This document shows, piece after piece, positions 24,525 through 31,638 of a stretch of 31,638 nucleotides of DNA. A model generated the notes under the pieces. The model did not search any database, had not been told where the DNA came from, and saw nothing but the letters and a program-made list of their open reading frames with translations. Made by a program: the position numbers and the translations under genes. Where the stretch lies: positions 1-31,638 of the IMG/VR virus record IMGVR_UViG_3300048833_000217; one strand, given 5' to 3'. This DNA comes from a virus. Lineage: Duplodnaviria > Caudoviricetes. How positions within the stretch are numbered: position 1 is the stretch's first letter; the number at the start of each line of letters is the position of its first letter.

Positions 24525-24952
24525 TGGTCCCCGAGGTCATCGCCCGCCTGCAGTCAGAGGTCCCGCAGATCCGCTCCATCGAGCCGACGCTCTCCTTCGC
24601 GGCCATCATGGCGAGTGGCGGCCTGCCGCAGGTCACGCCCGCCGCCTATGTCGTCGGCAGCGGGACGCGGGGCGGTGCCGTAAATGCCTCGGCCGGCGCC
24701 TTTGTCCAGGACATCGACGAGACCGTTGCTGTCGTCCTTGTCTTCCGGACCAACACGAAGACAGGCGGCAAGGCTGTCGACGTCGTCGAAGAGACCCGCC
24801 AGGCGATCCGGGACGCGCTGTGCGGCTGGGCCCCCGCGGGTGCGATGTCCCTGTTCCGTCTCGTCACTGATGCCGTCGTCACGCTTGCGGCGGGCACCGT
24901 CGTCACACAGGCCGAGTTCGCCCTCGCCGATCAGTTGAGGATCCTGCAATGA
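24524..24952 (+). CDS. Tail terminator / Mu gp37-like protein
   Basis: Gene order; 'TPAAYVV', 'AIRDALCGWAP'. Confidence 0.78.
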   Translation: MVPEVIARLQSEVPQIRSIEPTLSFAAIMASGGLPQVTPAAYVVGSGTRGGAVNASAGAFVQDIDETVAVVLVFRTNTKTGGKAVDVVEETRQAIRDALCGWAPAGAMSLFRLVTDAVVTLAAGTVVTQAEFALADQLRILQ

Positions 24953-25128
24953 CCCGTGCCAAACCCGCCGCCCCTACCGCTCCCGATCTGCCGCTGCCGA
25001 CGGCCGGGGGCAGTTACATCCGCGAAGCCGACGGTAGCTTGACGCTGGTTCCTGACGGTCCGGCCCCCCTGCCATCTGCCGACATGACCGAAGCCCCGGC
25101 CGCCGCGCCGGACGAGAAGGAGGCCTGA
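24949..25128 (+). CDS. Small Pro/Ala-rich protein (59 aa, ...LPTAGGSYIREADGSL...); not in ORF track
   Basis: GAGG SD, ATGA overlap, fills the gap before the tail tube gene. Confidence 0.75.
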   Translation: MTRAKPAAPTAPDLPLPTAGGSYIREADGSLTLVPDGPAPLPSADMTEAPAAAPDEKEA

Positions 25129-25129
25129 C

Positions 25130-26065
25130 ATGCCCGCCCGCCGCTGGAACTCGAAGATCCTGCTCGCCAAGATCGAGACCGTTTACGGCACCGACGCCGT
25201 GCCCACAGGCGCGGCGGACGCGATTCTCGCGCAGAACGTCGTCCTTTCCGCGATGGAAGGGCAGGATCTGGCCCGCGATCTCGACCGCAACGCGCTCGGT
25301 GCCGATGCGACGATCCCAGTCGATGTTCACCAGAAACTCTCCTTCTCGGTCGAGCTCGCGGGCTCGGGCGCGGCGGGCACCGCCCCGCCCTGGGGCAAGC
25401 TCCTGCGGGCCTGCGGTTGCGCCGAGGTCATCTCGGCTGGCGTCTCCGTCACCTACAACCCTGTCTCGTCGAACCACTCGTCACTGACCATCTACCTCTG
25501 GATCGACGGAACCCGGCATGTGCTCACCGGTGCGCGGGGCAACGCGAAGTTCGGGATCACGGCGCAGGGCGTGCCGAAGATCGATTTCGAGTTCTGGGGC
25601 TTCTTCGCGCTTCCGACCGAGACCGCGCGGTCGAACCCGACGCTCACCGGGTGGCAGAAGCCGCTGGCGGCGACCCGGACGAACACGCCCACCTTCACGA
25701 TCGGGGGCACCGCGCTCGTCATGCGCTCGGTCATGTTCGACCTCGGCAACACCGTGGCGCCCCGGCTCCTCATCAACGCCGAGGAGTTCTGGATCGAAAG
25801 CCGGAACGAGACCGTCGAGGCGCAGGTCGAAGCGGTCGCCGTGTCCACCTACAACCCCTGGACGCTCGCGCAGAACATGACCGAGCAGGTCCTCGCGCTG
25901 GCCCATGGCGTCGGTGCGGGCAAGATCGTGACGCTCAACGTGCCGCGCCTGCAGATCCAGCGACCGGGCGGAATCCAGAACGTCAACGAGGCGGTCGAGT
26001 GGCAGCTCCGCGGCGTGCCGCAGATGAACGCTGGCGACGACCAGTGGACGCTCGTCTGCACCTGA
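25130..26065 (+). CDS. Major tail tube protein (311 aa)
   Basis: AAGGAGG SD; 'ILLAKIETVYGTD', 'VELAGSGAAGTAP.WG.LLRACG'; precedes chaperones and tape measure. Confidence 0.88.
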   Translation: MPARRWNSKILLAKIETVYGTDAVPTGAADAILAQNVVLSAMEGQDLARDLDRNALGADATIPVDVHQKLSFSVELAGSGAAGTAPPWGKLLRACGCAEVISAGVSVTYNPVSSNHSSLTIYLWIDGTRHVLTGARGNAKFGITAQGVPKIDFEFWGFFALPTETARSNPTLTGWQKPLAATRTNTPTFTIGGTALVMRSVMFDLGNTVAPRLLINAEEFWIESRNETVEAQVEAVAVSTYNPWTLAQNMTEQVLALAHGVGAGKIVTLNVPRLQIQRPGGIQNVNEAVEWQLRGVPQMNAGDDQWTLVCT

Positions 26066-26089
26066 CCTGATCCCCTAAACGAGGCTACC

Positions 26090-26413
26090 ATGCTGCGCAT
26101 CAACAAGACCCCGACCTTCACCGTGCCCGTCCCGCTCGTCCTCGACGGGATCGACGAGCCGCAATCCTTCCGCGCCACCTTCCGGGCGATCTCGGACGAG
26201 GAGGCGCTCGCGGCCGAGACCCGCACGGTCGATGGCTTCAAGGCGTTCCTTCGGCGCGTCGTGGTCGAGCTGCACGAGCTCGTCGACGACGAGGACCAGC
26301 CCGTCACCTTCACGCCCGCTCTCTTCGAGGAGCTGCTGGGCTTCCAACACATCCGGATGGCGCTGCAGGCGGCCTACTGGAAGTCGGTGCTGAAGGCCCG
26401 CGTGGGAAACTGA
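26090..26413 (+). CDS. Tail assembly chaperone (gpG analogue)
   Basis: Between tube and tape measure genes; ends in slippery G-GGA-AAC-TGA. Confidence 0.85.
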   Translation: MLRINKTPTFTVPVPLVLDGIDEPQSFRATFRAISDEEALAAETRTVDGFKAFLRRVVVELHELVDDEDQPVTFTPALFEELLGFQHIRMALQAAYWKSVLKARVGN

Positions 26414-26772
26414 GCTGGGCCGGCCGCGCCTGGGCGGGCGGCTGGCTCACGAAGATCCCGGTCGATGACGGGGCTGCGGCAGACGCGCGGGCCATGGGCC
26501 TCGGGGATGACGAGATCGCGGCTCTCGACCTCGGTGACAACGAGGAAGGGGTCTGGGCGGAAAATGTCGCGGCAGTAGAGGCCTTCCTCTGCGTCTCGAC
26601 GCAATGGCGCATGGCGGCAGGGCAGACAGGGATGATCGCTCTCGGACTGGATTACACGGGCGCAAAGGCGGGGCTGGACCTCGCCGGGATCGCCGTGACG
26701 CCCGACCTCTGGAGCCGCATCCAGGCTGTCGAGTTTGGCGCGCTTGCCGGTCTGAATGGAACGCGGTCATGA
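26404..26772 (+). CDS. Frameshifted chaperone extension (gpGT analogue, DUF1799-like)
   Basis: The -1 frame is open from GGGAAAC (26404-26410) through ORF 26494..26772; 'VWAEN..AV.AF....TQWR......GLDY'. Confidence 0.82.
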   Translation, partial: GKLSWAGRAWAGGWLTKIPVDDGAAADARAMGLGDDEIAALDLGDNEEGVWAENVAAVEAFLCVSTQWRMAAGQTGMIALGLDYTGAKAGLDLAGIAVTPDLWSRIQAVEFGALAGLNGTRS

Positions 26773-29111
26773 CGACGAAGGTCAGTCTCCTCCTCGACGC
26801 CCAGGGCGGGAAGGCCGCCAAGGCGGAGATCGATGCGCTGACGTCGTCCGTCCGCAAGGCCGGGGACGCTGCGCAGGACACCGGGCGCAAGACGGCCGAA
26901 GGGGCCCGGGCCGTCGAAATCGCGCAACGGTCGGCGGCCACCTCCACCACCCAACTCGCGAGGTCACAAACCCTCGCGGCTGGGGCGACGGGCAACCTCG
27001 TCGCGCAGTTCAACGACATCGGGATGATGCTCGCGGCCGGGCAGAACCCGCTGCAGCTCGCCATCCAGCAGGGCACGCAGATCACCCAGGTGATCGGGCC
27101 GATGGGCGCGGCCGGTGCGGCGCGGGCGCTCGGCTCAGCTTTCATCGGCATGCTGTCGCCCATCAACCTGATCACGGTTGGCGTGATCGCGGTCGGCGCA
27201 ACGATGATCCAATGGCTGACCAGCGCGGGAGAGGAGGCCGTCAGCCTCGAAGACCAGATCGAGGGACTGGCGGATGCCCTGTCCGCCCTGAAGTCCGCCC
27301 AGGACCGGCTCAGCGAGCCGTTCGAGGCACTGCGGGATGTCTTCGGGGAGCAGACAGCCGCCGCCCGCGAATTCCTCGAGATCCAGCGCAACATCGCCGC
27401 GGCCCAAACGCAGATGGCGATCTCGGATGCCACCAGCGGCTTTGCAGATCAGTTCGGGAAGTTCAGCGATACGACCCGCGAAGGGCTTGCACCGGTCTTT
27501 GACGAACTGAATCGCCTGAATGCCGAAGCCACAAGGCTCAGGACTGAAATCGCAACCGCAGGTTCGGCAGAGACGTTGGGTCTCAATCGTTCGCTTCTGC
27601 AAGTGGAAGATCAGCTGACGGTCCTTGAGGTCTATGAAACCTCTCTGTCGGATCTGATGACAAAGTTCGACCTCACCCGCCCCGCCGCCGAGCAATTGGC
27701 GATGGCGATCAGCGATGTCGGAAATGCAGTCGGGCCAGAGGCACAGGCCGAAGCAGCCCAGGAACTCGCCCGGCAGATCAACATCGCAACGGACGGCCTT
27801 TCGAGCGCTGACGGAGCAACAAACGATCTCTATCAGTCGCTTCTCGACATTGTCATCAAGGGCATGGAGTTCGCGGCCCTTGATCTGGCTGAACCGCTCG
27901 ACGAGGCGGCCGATGCCGGACTTCGGCTTTCTTCGGCAGCCTCAGTCGTCGCGGGGGAGCTCTACGACGCACAAACCGCTCTCGGCCTTCTTGCTGCGAT
28001 GGAGCCCGCGGAAGGCTGGCTGAGCGGTGCGGTGTCCATGGCGGCGGCCCTGGCGGGCAACCTGTGGGACGCGGTCAACGCCTACAACACTTTTGCCACC
28101 TCGACGCCAGCCGCGATGGGCCCGGCCGGGGCGCCGATCTCTGGCGTTCCGCAAGCTGGCCCCGATGACGGTGAGTGGAGCGGCCCGACCCCGCCAACCC
28201 GCCCATTCGAGTTGGGGCTGACCGACCTGACCCCGTCAGGTGGTGCCCGCGGCGGCGGTGGAGGCGGTGATCCCGCCGAGGAAGCGGCGCGGCTGATGGA
28301 GCAGCTGCAGGACCGCACGGACGCGCTGCTCGGTCGGCTGGACCCGCTGGTCGCGGCAACGCAGGAGTACGAAGAGGCCCAGAACACGCTGAACGATGCC
28401 TGGGAGGCCGGGATCATCACGGCCGACGAACATGCGGCAGCGATGGCCAAGGTGTCCGAGGAATATGCCGCGTCCCGGGCCGAGGCGTCCGGCGCGGCGC
28501 AGGCCTGGCAGTTCGTCGGCCAGACCGGCAACGACGTCCTGATGGACATCGCGGCAGGGGCGATGTCGCTGGAGGAGGCGGCGCTGAAGGCGGCGGCGGC
28601 GCTGGCGCAGGCGGTGCTTCAGGGCGCTCTGCTGGGCGAAGGTCCGTTCGGTGATCTCTTTGGCGGCTCATCGATCGTCGAAATGATCGTCGGCTCGATC
28701 AACGGAGGGACGGCTGCGCCCGCGCTTCCCGGCAAGGCGGGTGGCGGCATGATCACCGGGCCCGGGACGGGTACGTCGGACGACGTGCTGATGTGGGGGT
28801 CGAATGGCGAGTTTGTCGTGACCGCCGCTGCGACCGCCCGCTATCGCCCGATGCTGGAGGCGATGAATGCGGGTTCGCCCCTGCCGGGCTTCGCGCGGGG
28901 CGGGATGATCGGCGGTGGTGCGGGCGGCGGTGGCGCGGCGCTGGGCGGCAATACCCTGAATGCGACGTTCGACCTGCGCGGGGCCCGCGGCAACGCCGAG
29001 ATCGAGGAGGCCGCCTATCGCGGGATGAACCGTGCCCTGGCCGAGTTCAAGGCCTATGACCTGCCGATCGCTGTGCGGGCGATCAACAGCGACCCGACGA
29101 GGATCGGCTGA
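26769..29111 (+). CDS. Tape measure protein (780 aa)
   Basis: ATGA-coupled start; 'AQFNDI.MMLAAGQNPLQLAIQQGTQI'; Ala-rich helical; C-terminal 'GPGTGTSD...SNGEFVV'. Confidence 0.93.
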   Translation: MTTKVSLLLDAQGGKAAKAEIDALTSSVRKAGDAAQDTGRKTAEGARAVEIAQRSAATSTTQLARSQTLAAGATGNLVAQFNDIGMMLAAGQNPLQLAIQQGTQITQVIGPMGAAGAARALGSAFIGMLSPINLITVGVIAVGATMIQWLTSAGEEAVSLEDQIEGLADALSALKSAQDRLSEPFEALRDVFGEQTAAAREFLEIQRNIAAAQTQMAISDATSGFADQFGKFSDTTREGLAPVFDELNRLNAEATRLRTEIATAGSAETLGLNRSLLQVEDQLTVLEVYETSLSDLMTKFDLTRPAAEQLAMAISDVGNAVGPEAQAEAAQELARQINIATDGLSSADGATNDLYQSLLDIVIKGMEFAALDLAEPLDEAADAGLRLSSAASVVAGELYDAQTALGLLAAMEPAEGWLSGAVSMAAALAGNLWDAVNAYNTFATSTPAAMGPAGAPISGVPQAGPDDGEWSGPTPPTRPFELGLTDLTPSGGARGGGGGGDPAEEAARLMEQLQDRTDALLGRLDPLVAATQEYEEAQNTLNDAWEAGIITADEHAAAMAKVSEEYAASRAEASGAAQAWQFVGQTGNDVLMDIAAGAMSLEEAALKAAAALAQAVLQGALLGEGPFGDLFGGSSIVEMIVGSINGGTAAPALPGKAGGGMITGPGTGTSDDVLMWGSNGEFVVTAAATARYRPMLEAMNAGSPLPGFARGGMIGGGAGGGGAALGGNTLNATFDLRGARGNAEIEEAAYRGMNRALAEFKAYDLPIAVRAINSDPTRIG

Positions 29112-29698
29112 TGGCGATCACCTTTCCCCTCGACCGCGCCGGGTTCATGAACCAGCTGCCCATCGCCGAGATGTCGATGACGCTCGCCGAGGCCGTGGAC
29201 GTCAACCAGACGCGCGGCGGTGAAGTGCTGCGGGCCGACATGGCCGACCGACTTTGGCAAGGCCGCATCCGGCTCGGCAAGATGAAGGACGAGGAGGCGG
29301 GCCGGGTCACGGCATTGATCGAGCGTCTCCTCGCAGCTGACGGCACCTTCATGTGCTACGACGCCAAGCGGCCCTTTCCCCTCCTCGACCCGACGGGAAC
29401 CATTGTCGGGCCATCGACGCCGACGCTCCACACGATCGGCACGGACCGGCGCGAGTGCCGTATCCAGGCATTGCCCGCCAACTATCCGATTTCCGCTTAC
29501 GACCGGTTCGGCTTGAACTATGGCTCCGGCCCGGTGCGCATGGGCCTCTTCCGGGCCGTCGTGACAACCGGCCTGAACATCATCCTTGCCCGGCCCGTCT
29601 GCAAGGCCGTGATCGTGCCCGGCAGCTATGACCCCGGCAGCCGCCGCCGCACCATCACGGACGGGGTCGAGTTCGCCTTCCAGCAGGCGATGCGCTGA
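29111..29698 (+). CDS. Distal tail-like protein (195 aa)
   Basis: Directly after tape measure gene; TGATG coupling. Confidence 0.75.
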   Translation: MAITFPLDRAGFMNQLPIAEMSMTLAEAVDVNQTRGGEVLRADMADRLWQGRIRLGKMKDEEAGRVTALIERLLAADGTFMCYDAKRPFPLLDPTGTIVGPSTPTLHTIGTDRRECRIQALPANYPISAYDRFGLNYGSGPVRMGLFRAVVTTGLNIILARPVCKAVIVPGSYDPGSRRRTITDGVEFAFQQAMR

Positions 29699-30303
29699 TG
29701 CGGTCGGTCCCTTCCAACACCCTCGCCCTTCTACAGGCCCGCCAGGGGCTGAAGGTCCGCCTCTTCATCTGGCTGACCGCCCGGAACCGGTCGAGTGGCG
29801 CGGCCCAGACCATGGGCCTCTGGACCGGCGCCGACCATGAAACCTTCACGGTCGAGGGCGAGAGCCGCCTCTACTATGGCGCGGGCAACCTGCTCGACAT
29901 CCCGCCGCTTGAATCAGCCACGGGTCTCGACGTCCGGATGTACCGGATCGGGCTCACCACGCTCACGCCTGAAGTCGCACAGCTCATTCGGGGCTGGGAT
30001 CCGAAAGGGGCGCCAGTCCAGATCCATCGCGGCATCTTCGATCCCGCCACTGGCGTCCTCGCCGACCCGCCGCACCGGCTCCTCGAAGGCACCGTCGACG
30101 AGGTTGAATGGACCTCGGCCGAGCGTGGCGGAACGTCGAGCTGCAAGCTGGTCATCGCGACGTCGGCCCGCGACCTTACCCGGTCGCTCCCGGATACCTG
30201 GGCCGACGAATACCAGCGCCGTGCCTCGGGCGACCGGTTCCTGCGCTACGCCGACGCCAAGGGAAAGATCTGGTGGGGATCCAGGCAGGGGGGCGAGGAT
30301 TGA
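29698..30303 (+). CDS. Minor tail / baseplate hub-like protein (201 aa)
   Basis: Gene order; 'GLWTG', 'YYGAG.LL', 'GDRFLRYAD...WG'. Confidence 0.75.
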   Translation: MRSVPSNTLALLQARQGLKVRLFIWLTARNRSSGAAQTMGLWTGADHETFTVEGESRLYYGAGNLLDIPPLESATGLDVRMYRIGLTTLTPEVAQLIRGWDPKGAPVQIHRGIFDPATGVLADPPHRLLEGTVDEVEWTSAERGGTSSCKLVIATSARDLTRSLPDTWADEYQRRASGDRFLRYADAKGKIWWGSRQGGED

Positions 30304-30740
30304 TCCGCCGCACCCATGACTGGCGCGGCCGCCTGACCGCCTGGCTCTCCACAAAGGCCCGCGCCCCCTTTGCCTATGGCGAGCACGATTGCGCGCTCTT
30401 CGCCGCCGGTGCGATCGAGGCGATGACGGGCGTCGACCCGGCCGCAGAATGGCGGGGGCGCTATTCGACCTGGCGGGGCGGCCTCCGCGTCCTGCGCGCG
30501 GCGGGCATCAATGACCAGGTGGCGGCCGTCGCCGCGCTCCTCACCGAAATCCCGCCTTCCTTCGCTGCCGCCGGCGACATCGCCGTCGTGGCGGGCGAAG
30601 GGGGACCGGCGCTCGGCGTCGTCCAGGGCGAATGGATCTACGTCCTGCGGCCCGAGGGTCTCGCGCTCGTTCCGTTCGAGAGCGCTTCAAGGGCCTTTGA
30701 AATCCCGGCCTTCGGGTCCCCCGACGGGGAGGCTGCCTGA
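30300..30740 (+). CDS. NlpC/P60-like tail-associated protein (DUF6950-like, 146 aa)
   Basis: GAGG SD and TTG start; 'DW..RL', 'PFAYGEHDCALFAAGAIEAMTGVD', 'GDIAVV'. Confidence 0.85.
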   Translation: MIRRTHDWRGRLTAWLSTKARAPFAYGEHDCALFAAGAIEAMTGVDPAAEWRGRYSTWRGGLRVLRAAGINDQVAAVAALLTEIPPSFAAAGDIAVVAGEGGPALGVVQGEWIYVLRPEGLALVPFESASRAFEIPAFGSPDGEAA

Positions 30741-31638
30741 TGCCGCCCGTCGGAGCCGCCATCGGCGCGATCGCCGCGTCCGCGACAGCTGCCGGTGTCG
30801 GGACCTTCGTCACCAGCATTGTCGGGCGCATGCTCGTTTCGGTCGCCGCATCGGCCTTGATCCAGGCCCTGTCGGGAACCAGCGCCGCCGCGCGCCAGGG
30901 CGGCGGGATTTCGACGAGCGTGACGCTCACGGGCAGCACCAACCCCGCCTCCTTCATCATGGGCCGCTATGCCACGGGCGGTGTCATGGTCTGCCCGCCG
31001 ATGAGCCATGGCGAGGCGGGCAAGACGCCCAACGCCTACCTGACCTATGTGATCGGGCTGAGCTGCGTGGCGGGCTGCAGTCTCGTCCAGCTGATCCTCG
31101 ACGGCGAAATCGTCACCCTGGGCGGCGCGGCACATGCCGATTATGGAACGCCGATGCAGGGCCGCTACGACGGCTATGGCTGGGTCAAGTTCTACGACGG
31201 GTCGCAGACGGTTGCAGACCCCGGTCTGCTCGCCAAGTACGGCAGCTATCCGAAGCGGCCCTGGTCCTCCGACATGATCGGGCGCGGGCTCTGCTACGCG
31301 ATCGTCACGATGCGCTACAACCCCGAGCTCTGGCAGGGCTTCCCGGCCTGGCGTTTCGTCCTCGACGGCATCCCCCTCTACGACCCCCGCAAGGATTCGA
31401 CGGCCGGGGGCAGTGGTGCGCACCGCTGGGCCACACCCTCGACCTGGGAACAGACGAACAACGCCTTCAACCTGATCCACCAGGTGATGCGGGGGATCAC
31501 CCTGCCTTGGGGGAACGTCTGGGGCGGTGGCTTCGCGGCCTCTCGCCTGCCCTATGCGAGCTGGGCGGCCGCCATGAACGAATGCGCCCGCGCCGTCGAC
31601 AATGCCTCGGGTGGAACGGAGGCGCAGTTTCGGGCGGG
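30740..31638 (+). CDS. Tail tip / host-specificity (J-like) protein, 5' part; runs off the window and is not in ORF track
   Basis: GGAGG SD, TGATG coupling; open frame MPPVGAAIG...GRYATGG...TPNAYLTYVI...GIPLYDPRKDSTAGGSGAHRW...AAMNEC to the window end. Confidence 0.9.
   Translation, partial: MPPVGAAIGAIAASATAAGVGTFVTSIVGRMLVSVAASALIQALSGTSAAARQGGGISTSVTLTGSTNPASFIMGRYATGGVMVCPPMSHGEAGKTPNAYLTYVIGLSCVAGCSLVQLILDGEIVTLGGAAHADYGTPMQGRYDGYGWVKFYDGSQTVADPGLLAKYGSYPKRPWSSDMIGRGLCYAIVTMRYNPELWQGFPAWRFVLDGIPLYDPRKDSTAGGSGAHRWATPSTWEQTNNAFNLIHQVMRGITLPWGNVWGGGFAASRLPYASWAAAMNECARAVDNASGGTEAQFRA

Larger units (their letters stand above)
1..31638 (+). mobile_element. Mu-like transposable (pro)phage, siphovirus-type tail; both ends outside the window
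   Basis: MuA DDE transposase plus MuB ATPase, Ner, GemA, Mor/C, DUF3486, DUF935 portal, MuF, gpG, I protease, gpT and gp36 in Mu gene order; no tail sheath gene. Confidence 0.97.

Noticed and set aside
1-31638. CRISPR array, tRNA/rRNA, DGR, invertase, Mom, Gam, repressor, TG...CA ends
   Set aside because: No repeat-spacer array, cloverleaf, reverse transcriptase, recombinase or matching ORFs were seen; the repressor and ends are expected outside the window.

Overview
The whole window is the interior of a transposable (Mu-like) prophage or phage with a GC-rich genome. Gene content (GapR/DUF2312, ParB-like gene before the transposase, GTA-like tail tip) points to an alphaproteobacterial, probably Rhodobacteraceae, host and an RcapMu-type phage. 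All credible genes are on the + strand, mostly with overlapping stop/start codons. Order: early control region and Ner; small early genes; ParB-like; MuA; MuB; HTH genes; DUF3164; GapR; GemA; MT-A70 methyltransferase; Mor/C-like activator; lysis genes; gp25/26/27; a six-gene accessory insert; TerL; portal; MuF with a C-terminal nuclease-like domain; gpG; protease/scaffold; decoration protein; capsid gpT; then a sheath-less tail module with a -1 frameshift chaperone, tape measure protein and a tail-tip gene cut off by the window end. The repressor and both prophage ends lie outside the window. Most notable: (1) a MuF-nuclease fusion with no immunity ORF but a structured RNA-like segment straight after its stop; (2) a possible DNA-topology module (GapR, GemA, ParB with an internal palindrome, and an AT-rich phased repeat inside the portal gene); (3) an identical 17-bp box before both late operons; (4) a candidate nucleotide-sponge protein in the lysis cassette. 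All family assignments come from motif recognition and gene order, not database searches.
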